64,000 nucleotides of DNA from Felis catus (taxonomy: Eukaryota): assembly GCF_018350175.1 (NCBI RefSeq), contig NC_058383.1, positions 10,976,001 to 11,040,000 of the forward strand. The letters run 5' to 3'. Positions 1 through 12,365 of this stretch are shown here, one piece after another. Below the pieces are notes generated by a model that was not told the origin of the DNA, did no database searches, and saw only the letters and a list, made by a program, of their open reading frames with translations. Position 1 is the first letter of the stretch; each line of letters begins with the position of its first letter. Position numbers and translations under genes: made by a program.

Positions 1-99
1 CCTCCTGATCTGTTTCTCCTTTCGTGCTTTCTGAGGGGGCTTTTGTTAGGTGCCAGGGTCATCACTAGAAGCTCCTTCCTTGGGGCTCCTTTCCAGGCA

Positions 100-1000
100 A
101 CCCCCTTCCAGTGGTAACCCTTCTTCTGACCTGTAAGAACTTGGATTAGTTTTGTCTGGTTCTGTATTTCACATAAATGGAATCCTTTTGCACATACTGT
201 TGTTTTAGGGTTCTTACATAAAACCTAAAATTTGTGAGCCATGTTGTTGGGTATGCTTATAGATCACTTATTTGCATTGCTGCATTGTATTTCTAAAATG
301 CTTTCTTTTTAAATAAAATATTGAAATGTACACACATAATGTACATCTCCCAAGGTTTATAGAATCTTTACTATTTCATCATTTTCCTCCCCACCCCCCA
401 AAACACACCAGTGTATAACATGTTAATACGTGTCCCAAATTTCCATTTTTTTTTTTAATGTTTATTTCTTTATTTCGAGAGAGTAAGCCAGTGCGCATGC
501 AACAAGAAGGGGGAGGGGCAGAGAGAGGAGAGCGAGAATCCCAAGCAAGCTCCGTGCTGTCAGCACAGAGCCCAGCACGGGGCTTGATCTCAGGAACCGT
601 TAGATCATGACCTGAGAGCCACCCAGGTGCCCTTCTGCTTTCTTTTCTATTCTTCTGAGTTAACCATTTTCTTGAAGTTGAAGGTTGTCCTTACGAATAA
701 AGATTTTATGCCTTTACTGCATACCTGTTCCCACAAAAGTGTCTGTGTGAGCATGCATTTTACACATAGTATTTTCTTAGTTTTTTAAGTTTGACACAGA
801 TGGTGTCATACTGTATATATTGGTACGTACGTGTTCTTGTGTGTCCCTCATTCAGTGTGAGTTTTTGAGATTTACTTGTCACCTAGAGATTTAATAGTAT
901 TGTTGTGATAGTACATTGTGTAATTATGCTGTAGTTCATTCTTTCACATACGTGTTTTCTTCCATAATTTTTGGCTAGGACAAAAAAAAAAATAGGCTAG
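100..1000 (-). mobile_element. Old L1M-type 3' fragments (approximate), interrupted by a SINE
   Basis: Motifs such as cacataaatggaatc..tactgttg and gtttttgagattt..tagtattgttgtg are typical of antisense L1M 3' ends. Confidence 0.5.
447..632 (-). mobile_element. CAN-SINE (internally deleted)
   Basis: poly-T, (GA)n, tgctgtcagcacagagccc, ends gagccacccaggtgccc. Confidence 0.9.
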
Positions 1001-1399
1001 GACATATCTCTGTGTACTTACCAGTCTTTTCCCAGGATAGTGGTGTTCAGGTGTGAGCAGTAGGAATGTTTGATTTCATGCTGGGTAGTCACAACCAGCG
1101 TTTTGAGTGTGAGGGTGAAGTAGGCTGCGTATTTTACAAGGAAGAAAACCCAAATATGTGCTGTTAAAACATACAGAGCTAAAATGCAACCAACTTCATA
1201 GGTGATGTGAAGGTATAGTGATCTGTGAAGTCATACTGGGCAAATCGGAACCACCCAAAATCCAGCTTAGCAATATTGATTTGAGGCCAAAAAAGAAAAA
1301 AGTAACAGGTATACAAAGTTAGACTACATGATATGGATAGTTATAATTCACTGAGTTGATATAGTGGTCATTAATTCATATATACCTTACATTATAGCT

Positions 1400-1905
1400 C
1401 AAAATTAAAATAAAAATAAAGAATTGACACAACTGTAATAAATTTTTAGATCTACATTCATGTGGGAGATTCCAACAAGTGGCCATTGATAACTGAGACA
1501 TCATGTGCCAACGAATACTTATTATAGATGATAAATAGAATATTTGCAGTCTACAGTTTGGAAAGATAAGCCAATTGATATGCACATATAGAATTCACCC
1601 AGCAGATAAATTTACAAAGCGTGGATCTTTTACAAAAATGGATTTGTTCACAGACAATCTTGTGATTCGCAGATCACAGATAATCTTAAATTCTCTGTAC
1701 GTAATCTAATTAGTAAAATTAGAAATCCAGAGTAAACAGGTTATTTAAAAGATAGAAATCCTATACATTGAAAATCCTACAAAAATGTACTTTGTGTTAA
1801 AGAGGACCTTACTTTTAAAATCTTGGAACAGAACAGAGCATTACTGAGAATACTACAAAACCAAACTTGTGAAAAAACAGCTAAAGCTATGCTTACAGGT
1901 CAGGC
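1400..1905 (+). mobile_element. Degenerate L1 ORF2 remnant
   Basis: gtgggagattccaac (VGDFN-like) and caaacttgtg..acagctaaagctatgcttacagg (NLWDTAKAVLRG-like); frame disrupted. Confidence 0.55.
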
Positions 1906-2967
1906 AGCAACCTTAGTTATGATTTAATTATTTTCTGTGTATTTTTTACCCAGGAACACTTGACTGGGAAGCAGTGAATCTGGCATTTGAATTCAAGTCT
2001 CTTTCATTCAGCCTCTTGCTCTTAGTTGAAATTCCAAATACAGTTTGTGCATTTTCTAGGAAATTGTTTCTTTGCTTAGTTTGGTGCTTTGTGAAGCTGC
2101 TCCTTCGTTAGCAACACCTTTCAAAAGTCTTAGGGTAGTATCCAGTTCATACTCAGAGATAGTGAAGTGGTTTGTATTCATTTTAATACACGAACCCTAT
2201 TTTAAGTAGCCATTAAAAACAATGTTTTGTTCTCTGTTTTAGATTGATTACTCTCATCACTAACAAGCTTGTTCCTATGTGTAATATATCATCAAAATGT
2301 TTATAGCATTATGTGAATGTTTAGTTAACTCAGAATACTTCCTACATTTATAATTGGAAAGAACAGTGTGAAGTTGTTAGAATCCTATGGGCCTGCAGGA
2401 AAGACGGAATTCTGAGTTAATAACTTAGCTTGTCATGTTTCTGTTTCAGTGGACATTCAAGCTTACTGGTATTTTAATTACGTGATTCTAGAGATTCTAA
2501 GGAAGATATAACAATTTGATTCTGCAGTTTTCTTCAGCATGACAAAAGATTAAGCAAATACTTGTAAAGGAAGGAAGAAATACACCTTATAAGATAAACC
2601 TGCACTTAAAACCTGTATGAAGTATAAAAGTTGCAGTTTGCTGTTACAAACCAGCCTTGTACTGTTTAGACAAACCCATGTCTGCCATTTGAGACCTGTC
2701 ATTCCCATTCGATCCATGTGTCTGGTCATTTTCAAAATTACTTTGGACTGTCTATATAACAAATTTATCTGAGCACACCTTTTCCATTCAGTAAGACCAT
2801 AAGCCGATGCCACTCGTTTTGTCATTTTTTTTTTCATTTTGCCTTTTTTTGTTGTTGTTCATGAAAAGGCTGTATTATTCCATCTCACTCACCCAAATTC
2901 GTTTGCTAAAGTGACCCAAAATACATTTTTGGGATTACTTTTGAAGTATTATCTTTGTATTCCAAAG

Positions 2968-3027
2968 CAGGCCCTTCCGAAACTGATGATGTTGATGACA
3001 AACTCCCCCTTTCGAAGTCTTTACAAG
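2968..3027 (+). CDS. GTF2I: GTF2I exon 10 (alternative exon A, 60 nt)
   Basis: Phase 1-1 translation [20 protein letters not shown] resembles human [20 protein letters not shown]; acceptor aag/cag (NAGNAG), donor gtataa. Confidence 0.93.
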
Positions 3028-5024
3028 GTATAACCTCTTCACTTCTGTTTTCCCACATACTGTTCTCATGTTATGTTCTTTATATTGCACAGACTGTGTT
3101 TTAGTATTTTATCTGTATTGTTACTTTTCTAAATGGAAAAGGAAAAAAATGTATTGGCCTTTTTTTTAAACATAAATGAACTTCACAAGCAACAATTTTT
3201 CAAAACCAATTTTCCCTTTTGTGAATCTAGTAATGAATCTCGAAATGGGTACATGACACACTTTCATATTTAAGGTAAAGTACACATTTATACCTTATAT
3301 CAGAATAGTCAGAAATAAGGTTTTTATTGTGTAGTTAGGAATGTAAATATCGATAAGGTCATGTTGATTCTTAGTTTTTAGAAAGATTGTGAAATGCCAC
3401 TTTGTAAATGAATCCCAAAGTTTGCTACTTGAATACTTTTCTGGGAATTGTTGTATAGAGTGCCCTAACTTGATGATCATAGGCTATTTGTGATGGCTTT
3501 TACTTTTATCTATTCTTTGGGTGGGATTTCTTTCCTTTTTTTTTTTTTTTTTTTTGGTTTTATGTCAATGTAATTGCTTATTTCAGATTAAAAAAAAACC
3601 CAAAAAACAAAAGCAAAACCAGAAAGGACACGTAGAATCATTGTTGACCTGCCCTCTTGTAGTACAGGGTGGAACAACCACCTTAACTCCTTATCCTTTA
3701 ACCACCCTGCATTTTTAAATGCTGCTCTCTGCTCCATTATCCTTTGACCTTACACCTTAGTTTTCTTTGACTTTACCGTCAGAGAACCCAGGGCTCCTTG
3801 CATTCAGATGTTAACAACGTTAAAGGGGTGGAGGTTGGGACTGTGTTGAGAAAGCATAGTTGAAAAGTTAATTAAAGAATAATTTGTGGCTCTAGATTTG
3901 TAGATTAGCCTAGCATTTTGAGCTCAGGTGAGTTTTTATACTATGGAGTAAGTGGAAAAGACTCCTAAGTAATTATGGCATCAGAAAGCTAGGCATTTAA
4001 AAACCCAAAGTATTTGACCTTAGTATGGCATTTGAAATTAAAAAATACTGGACACTGGCAGTTTTTGAAAGTGTAATCGATGCTCTCTAAAAATCAAGGT
4101 AAAATATACTTAAAACCTATGTTTTTGAGTATCAGCTCAGCTATCAGTGGATGACAAAATAGATTGGATTTTCCTTTCCCTGTGTGGTTTCTCCTTACCC
4201 CTAGGTAATATGTTTTATTAATACATGAAGGCAGTGATTTTCAGCCTTTGCCGTATTCGTAGCTCAGACATTTCAGGACAGAGGATGACTATTCTGGGGG
4301 GCAGTTCGGGCAATTAATCCTAAGTGGCCCTCCAATGTTGTGGATTACTTCTTTCCTATTTATGAGTAAGACTTCTGCTCTGTAGGATGAGCCTGTTTAC
4401 CTGTGACTGCCTAACCTGACACATTGCTTTATGTTCCAGTTTTTAGAAGCAGGCAGATTATATTACCTGAATTAAAATGCTTTTGAGACTAAAGGTAGTG
4501 TCTTAAATTTTAACTTCCGAGTTTCCTTTTAGTACAACTTTGATTAAATGATGGGGATTTAGTTTCCATAGCTTCCGACATTGTTAAAATGGAAAGCAGG
4601 AAACATTTTATAGCAAAACCTGAACTTGTTTGTCTAGACTAAGTAGAGGCTGTGAGCAAAGATTTGTGTTTTTGTGTGTGCGTCATTGACAGATGAGCAT
4701 GGTACCTTGAACCATAATTGTTCTAGATCTCAAATTCCAACATCTACCAGTAATTATATTGTATAGTTACAGTAAATAATATTAAATCCCCAAAGTTACT
4801 TAGGTTTGCTTTATCTATCTATGTTTTAAAATAATTTTTTGTGCTTTCAAATAGAAGTGTTACATGTTTTTCTGAATTAGATCACATTGTTGTAATTACG
4901 AAAGACTTAATCAGTATGTATATGTTGTATGATAAGTCTTAAATTATTTGCACTGTTACCTAGTTTCTCTTCTTCCAATGTAAGTTTTTACTGGTTTAGT
5001 ATATGTGGTTTATTTTCTCTTTAG

Positions 5025-5081
5025 GAAGCCATCATTCTTCCGAGGGCAATGAAGGAACAGAAATGGAAGTACCAGCCGAAG
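5025..5081 (+). CDS. GTF2I: GTF2I exon 11 (57 nt)
   Basis: GSHHSSEGNEGTEMEVPAE; tttag acceptor, gttaga donor. Confidence 0.96.
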
Positions 5082-6309
5082 GTTAGAAATGAAGGGATTT
5101 TTAATTTTCTATATTTGTTTTGCTTGCTCTCTATTATAGAGAATATTACCCTTCAAGCACCTTATTGGGAACCAAAAAGATGATTGTTTTGGTATGCCTT
5201 CTTAGCCAACAGGTTTACTGTTTTAGTCCTAAGATGTAATATACATCTTTTACTGTATTGAATAATAAAGCGTATGGGGATGAAAACATAAGTGGTAAGT
5301 AAAACTCTTCATGCTGCAAAATGCTGCCCTTTTTCCTGGTCGTCTTGTGCCATATTAAGAATCTCTTAGGAAAGAGTGACTTCAGTGTTTTAGACTTAAA
5401 AATATGACTGGCTTCTGTCGATATTTCATTCTTAAGCATATTATTTAATGGTACCGTTTTTTTAAAGTAGGGTAGTATTTCCACATAGGATTAACAGAGG
5501 AGGGATTTTCTCTCTGCTGATTTTTATACCCACAATTACCCTGGGGAACTCCTTTGTCTGTTTACCAGCCAGTCCTCCTTTGATCGTAGCATTAAGTGAA
5601 AATTTAACTGTGGTACAGCTTTTTAAATTCTTGCAACCTTGAGTTGAAACTGTTATGCAGAATGACTTCCTATTTCTAAGCAGTTTATATAGCTCCAAAA
5701 GAATTCTTAGAGCTTTCTCCCAAGGAAAATGACAGGTGTGAGGTACCTGAATTTTGTTTTAGTATTATTATTTCTCTCATAAACTGGTCATGTTATGTCT
5801 TTTTTTTTTCCCCCCTGGAATAAAAAGGGAGGCTATTCTGTAAATTTTTATTCCTTATATTTGCTTTTTTATTTAACTTTTTAAAATCATTCATGAATTT
5901 CCACCTGAGTAGAGGGAGATCTCAAGATCACTGGAATGTTGACTAAGCTTTCCAAATTCAATTTTAGAATTAGGGTTTCTAACTGAGAAACATTTCTTGC
6001 AGAGATACCGAGATGCTCATTTTCAACAATATTTTACATTTCTTTTTGAGATCTTTTTATAGAAAATTATGTGGATGAATTTTTTTCTGTTTTACCGGGT
6101 GGAGGTAACTAGATGTTTCCTTTGTAACAAAATCTCTGTTTTAGATGTGCGGTATATTTGCAACAGTGAAATACCTGTGTACAGGACACAATGGTATACG
6201 GCTTCTTCAGGCAGTCTGCCTTGCTTCATCGTCCACAATTTGGTCATTAGATATTAGGCTTTGAAATACTTGATGTTTGAGATTTTTATTGTCACATTGC
6301 ACTATGAAC

Positions 6310-6462
6310 AGAGTTGAGTCATACCTGGGTTCTGGTCTTTATTCCTTTACTAACAAGTAAACATAATCTTTGGCAAATCAATTAATCTCTCAACCTTTGC
6401 AAAATGAAAAGAGAGTTGATGGTGATGCTCTCTAGCTGAGCTTTCTAGCACTAACATTCTGA
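6310..6462 (+). mobile_element. MIR fragment
   Basis: ctgggttct..ctttggcaaatcaattaatctctc..tctagcactaacattctga. Confidence 0.5.
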
Positions 6463-6965
6463 TGTACATTTGTTTTGTGTAGTAACAACTATAAATAAAG
6501 AATCTAAGTTTTAAAAGGATGTTGCATATATAAAGGTAGGGGATAGAGCCCTGTATGCATTTGTCCTAGTCATTGGCTTGGTAGGAGGGTCCCCAAAGCA
6601 AAAGATTGATTGTGGTTTTATTTAACCATATAAACCCCTCCTAGGACTTCTGAAACAAGAGGGGAAGTAGCAAACAGAAGAGAAAAAAAGCCTTTGGTTT
6701 TATCCCAGCATCTTCTAGTTCCAGCAGGAAAGCAGTAGGGATGCCATTATAATCTCCTTCCTCTAAAATCTGAGTGTTTTGAGTCTATTGATGCAGGTAA
6801 CTTGGTATTATCAAATAGTGTTCCAGAGTTTTCCTATTTTCTGTTTTCTCTCCTCCCTGTTTACGATGAAAAGGGTCAGATATTTTAACCTAACAAATAC
6901 GAGATGAATTCAAATGCCAGTAAAATTTCATATAGTAGGCTGCTTTTTGAGTAACAAATGAGTAA

Positions 6966-7094
<129 letters not shown>

Positions 7095-8149
7095 TAGTTG
7101 TCTCAAAGCCTTGATTCCAAAAGTTCACTTCTGGTCATAAACCTATTTGTCACATTCACATGGCTAAGTGTGCATCTCATTCATTCTTCAAGGTAGCTTG
7201 TGAAGAGAAGTGCAGCATCTCTGTGTATGTGTGAGCAAAGCAGCCCGCTTCCCCGCAGCGCGGCCGGGCCTTTGAGAGTGGTAGACAACACAGGAGGCCA
7301 CGGGCGCGAGCGGTGGCCCGCACGTGGACCAAGCTATGCTTTTCTACCCCCAGGACCCGAAAATAGACAAACGAGAACCATGACCAGACCTGATGGTGCT
7401 CGCGAACAGATTTTATGACCTTGGTTGAGTCGTGATAGGAGAGAGCAAGCTAGTAACCCAGTGAGGTGGAAGGGAAGGTGTGGACACTTAGTTACTCCTT
7501 CACGTTTGCCCCTAGAGTACTGTCGAAGGCTAACACACAATCTGTCTTTAAAACCTGTTTTGGAAGCCATACCGATAAATACATTCTCAGGTAATACCTG
7601 TAACTAACGGGGCTTCAAACCTGGTTTTTCTGCCAAGGTAATGCATGAATGAAGATGAGCCAGAATGATTTATAAATTCAGCTAATAGAATTAACAGTCT
7701 CACTTTTCATATTTCATAATTACCAAATGCACAGTGATATTTTTCCTTCTCAGTTAATGTCTCATACCACTCCTCTAAGAGGCCCGCCCCCCCCCCCCCA
7801 GAGTAGCTCTTCCCTAAGGTAAAATATGGAAACACTACAATAAATGGCACTATGTCAAGTTTTCTTTACCCCCTGCCTAGTTTTAAAGTCCCCAAACTCA
7901 GGGGTAGATGTCAGTTTATTGTATATACATGTAAAAGTAATTTTGTGTATAAGTACACATGTATGTGTATATTTAGTTTCACAAAAATATATGTGTTTGC
8001 AGCATGCAGCATTATAATGAATATTTGAAATACACCTACATCATATTTCCAAAGAATCCCTCCTCCCCTGCCCCATCTTGGTGTTCCGGTTTTGGGGAGT
8101 TTTTTTTTTTTTAAACTGCTGCCTAACCTGTCTTAGTTTGATTTCTTTC

Positions 8150-8206
8150 TTTCTCTCTCTCTCTCTCTGTCTCTCTGTCTCTCTGTCTCTTTCTCTGTCT
8201 CTCTCA
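8150..8206. repeat. Imperfect (CT)n/(CTGT) microsatellite
   Basis: ttctctctctctctctctgtctctctgtctc... Confidence 0.85.
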
Positions 8207-11200
8207 ATAACCTGTCTCCTGTTGTCATTTGGTTATTTATCGTGTCTGGCTATTTCATACTACTCAAAATGTCTGTCTTCATTGCTTCTAAGATATAAAT
8301 TGATGATTCTCATGAGTATTTATTTCATACTTCATTTGTTAATCTCAATTTCATATACATATTTCTTTTATTAATATAATTTTACTAACCTAAAAGCAAT
8401 TTTGGATTGTTTGTAGTCAGCATTAAATAATTGAATTTAATTGCTTTTTAGTTAGAAGTCTCATTAATTTTCAGAGAAGAACATCTTACGAACATATAAA
8501 TATTCTACACACTCAGACCTTTGTCCCTTCTGTAGAGAATAAGAGAAATAGATGATTATTAAAATTATTAGAATAAAACTTTTAAATAGGACCAGTAACC
8601 CATTAGATTTATGAATCCTTAAAGCAGATACAGACTATATTAAAATTGTTTGGAAAATAAATGCTTGCTTTTATAGCAAGAGACCTTTAAAGACAATCAT
8701 GGAGTAAACGGCTTGTGAGCCTAACGCATGTCAGTCTCTTCAATCCTAACTCTTTGGAGGGAGAGATAAATCTTGGTTCTTTGAAACTAAGACCTGTGCC
8801 AGAAGTTTGATTTGCCATCCAGATTTATTAACGAGTAGTAGCGTTTCTTTACTATGTTCGGAAGACCAGTGAAATGCCAGAAGACCGTGCAAAGTAATTG
8901 CTTTTCAGGCTGTCCTTTTCCACGGCATATACATTCAGGCACATGATATGGATCAGCCTTAATTAAATTGATAATTAACTTTTCATCCATACATTAAGGA
9001 AGGTAAACTCTAAGTGTGATATTAACAAGAAAGGTCAAATGAGAAGTTACATACACATCTGTTTGATAAGCATATTGTATATTTTTTCTGGAAAGATGAC
9101 TGCGAACCGGTGGATACTAGTTAAATATCGTTAGAAGATAAAATGTACTGTGTAGAAAAGTGCACGGGCATGGAAATAGTGCGGTTGGTTTTTTGTTTGG
9201 TTTGCTTTGAAGTAAGTGACCTGAAAAAAAGACCCCTACTGTAGTAAGTTTTGAGGTTGGAAAATCCCTGCCTTTCATGAACAAAGCAAGTTGGAAAGGA
9301 AAAGTGTATCTAGAGACTGGTGTTAGTTTTGTTTTGGAAAATTCTGTGCTTTAGAGCAAATAAATGAAGGTAATCCTACTTGCCTGGGGATAACTTTGAT
9401 TTTCTCCCATCGTGTCTTTTTGCGCTTCCCAAATAGTTTCTAGAAAATAAAAAAAAAAAAAAAGAACTTGCCATCAAGTAAGTTTGTTAGATTTTCCATC
9501 GCACTTTATTGTTGATCTCTGTTTTTGAAATTATGTAGGGATAACGAAGAGGCCCATTTGGCATTACCGCAGATGCTGACCTAGGATCACAGCCCTGCCC
9601 ATCGCTGGCGGTGTGCTCCTACTCGTGCACCCCCGTTTGTCCCGGAAGTCAGTGTACGCATCCCGGCTTGTATGGCTTCGGTCTGGGAAACAGCCTTCCG
9701 AATAATGTGACCAAGCCTGCCTTCATTTAGCCAACATCATGCCCACATTTTGGGGGGACCAGACTGCTGACAGGTCTTTGCTAAGTGTAGAGAAAATCGT
9801 ATTTCAGAATTGTTGGGTTTAGCATGTTAATAAAGGAAAGTTCTTTTGCCTCAAAAGAGAGGTTTCCTTATCATACACTCGTCTCAGGGCATCGGTCGCC
9901 AAACCTGAGCCATTCACACCTGTGCGTTCTGCTGTGGCCTCACCTCCTGTTCGTGTCTTACCCTCGTTTTTTCTTTAAGGTGATTGTAAAGAGATTCACT
10001 TAGAAATTAATCCATCTTCTTCAGTAAAACTGTGTTTGAAATACTCAATTTTATTTCTCATGTACATGGAAACGTACACATAAATATTTCAACCCAGGAA
10101 TGTAGTCCCACACGGACTGTAATTGGAGAACAGTTTTAGAGCTTCAGCAGCCGGATTACTCGTCGTCCTCTGTTGGTATCCTTTTCTGTGATATTCATGT
10201 GTAGGACCTTCGTAAATTTTGGGCTACCGCTTGTAATTAGGACTCCACTGCTCAAGTACTCATTTCGTCCTTCTGTGGCTACCAGGCGACTTGTATGTGC
10301 CCCAGCCGCGTAGGTGCCAAGGACTGAGGAGTGAACGAGATAGGCAGGTCCACCTGGAGGGTTCTGGGCGAGACGTTCTGTCCTTCACCTTGAAGCTACA
10401 ACGCTGCTTTGTGCTCCTTTGTGAGAGACCGAGAGCAGGCCAGAGCAGAAGCCGGAAAACCGGCTTAGCAGGCTGTTGTAGGTAGCCACCCAGGGCTGGC
10501 TGGCTGTCTGGGAACAGGAAGGTGGCAGTGGAGGTAAAAGTGGGTGAATTCCGGGCGTGTCCTGAAAGTGGAGCCCGTAGGCTTTGCTGTTCGTCAGTGT
10601 TTACTTGCTGTGCTGATCGTGCAGACGTTCCTGGCACGTTCATAGCGTCTGGATGATTGAGGAGGTTAGTATTTGAAATGTTTGTGTTTTCACTTTTGTA
10701 ACTGCTAAAGAGTCACTTAATGAAATTACAGTTATTTATGTAGAGATTAAAATTTTAGAGGAGTTGGGACCTGGGTCCATGGGTGAAAACTGGTATCCAT
10801 TAATTTCAAACGGGTAATGTAATTCTTAACGGCTCTGCCTAATTTCGAAGGGGATACAGTGCCTAGTTTATTTCAATTCTTAAAACATAGCTATCACATT
10901 GTATGATGAAAACATTAGCATTTGAGTATGTTGCACGTAAGAGTATCAGAAAATTTGTTTCATGTTCTATTAATGCATTCAGCTTTAAGGATGCCATAAC
11001 ACATTTGATCTCAGAAGTCTGTATTATCCCTAGGTGTGTTTGTAAATATGTTGCAAAAAAGAGACCCGGGGTTTCTAAATATAAGTATTGAGTCCAGGGA
11101 CCGTCGCTGCCTTTTTTTAAGATGTGGTGGGTGCTTGTGTTAGTACTGGCAACATGGCGCCTAAATACTCTCGCATGGCAACCTTTTCGCATTAAAATAT

Positions 11201-12259
11201 TTTGAAATTTATCTTACAAGCTTTTAATATCGATGAAGTAAACCTTTTCAATTTGGGCTTGAATTTGAAGCTCCCTGAACTTATGTGTCTTTTAACACAA
11301 AAGTGGTTGCTCCCACATTATAATGTGGGAAATACCACGATAATTAGGACGCCAGCGTTCTCTCTGTGGGGCCTGGTTAGAAGATAGAGGCAAACATTTA
11401 GAGCTCTATTTGGTATTTTTCCTGCAGAGAAGTAGGTAATTTTGATCCTTTGTGGAAAGGATTTCGAGGTCAAGAATAACATTTTCTCATGATCTTCGCA
11501 AAAGAAATTACAGGTTTTTTTGTAGCAAAGAGCGGAGAAGACCACGGGAGATACGGGCAAGTTCGTAGCTGATCTTTTGATTTTGTTCCACGTGTCACAT
11601 AATACAAAACACCCCAAAAGTGATTATGAAATGGGATAGTCTTTTACTAGAATGTGTGGTAATATATTTTATTATCACAAATAATTAAATCCATCTCTGC
11701 ATTTGTTCACATGTATAGGTTGAACGTCATTATTTCTGGCTGGAGAGAAAGAAATGAGATACCACTTTTTAATATGTTCCAATCTGTTCCCTCATTTGTC
11801 TGGTTCGAAAATATTCCCCTAGATTTGTCTTTGTTCTTTTTTTTTTTTGTCTTGAAGGTTAATGAGGTTGCGTTTATAAAATATGTTTATCCTATGAACG
11901 CTTTTATGGTCTAAAATAAACTGATTCAAGGGGTTTTGACAACGCTCTTGTGCCCTTTCCCCTTGGCCTCCGTTTCAAAGAGTTTGTAGTAGAGATCAAT
12001 ATAATAGATTGCTGGGATCGTTCATTACCACCCTCCAGCTCTCAGGTTTTTTTGGTTTTTGGTTTTTTTTGGTTTTTTTTTTTTTTTATTCTCTTTCAGT
12101 TTTCATTTTATGTAATTCGGTTAACAGTCAGCTCAAATGATGACTGTAGAAATAGTTAGGTTACATTAGCCTACAGGGACAGTCCTTTTGTTTTTAATGT
12201 CATTGCTTAATGTTTTTAAAGAAATGTTAACATGACGCATTTAAAATGCTTAGACACTT

Positions 12260-12365
12260 GGGTGCCTGGCTGGCTTAGTTCTTAGAGCTTGCCACCCTTG
12301 ATCTGAGGGGTCATGAGTTTGAGCCCCGTGAGGGGCATAGAGATTACTTAAAAATTAAGATAAAA
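12260..12365 (+). mobile_element. Short tRNA-Lys-derived CAN-SINE
   Basis: A/B-box head, A tail, degenerate TSD aaaatg..tgacact/tagacact. Confidence 0.8.

Noticed and set aside
3680..3703. U12-type branch-like ccttaac/tcctttaac
   Set aside because: No U12 donor (GTATCCT/ATATCCT) at the flanking exons; all mapped introns look U2-type
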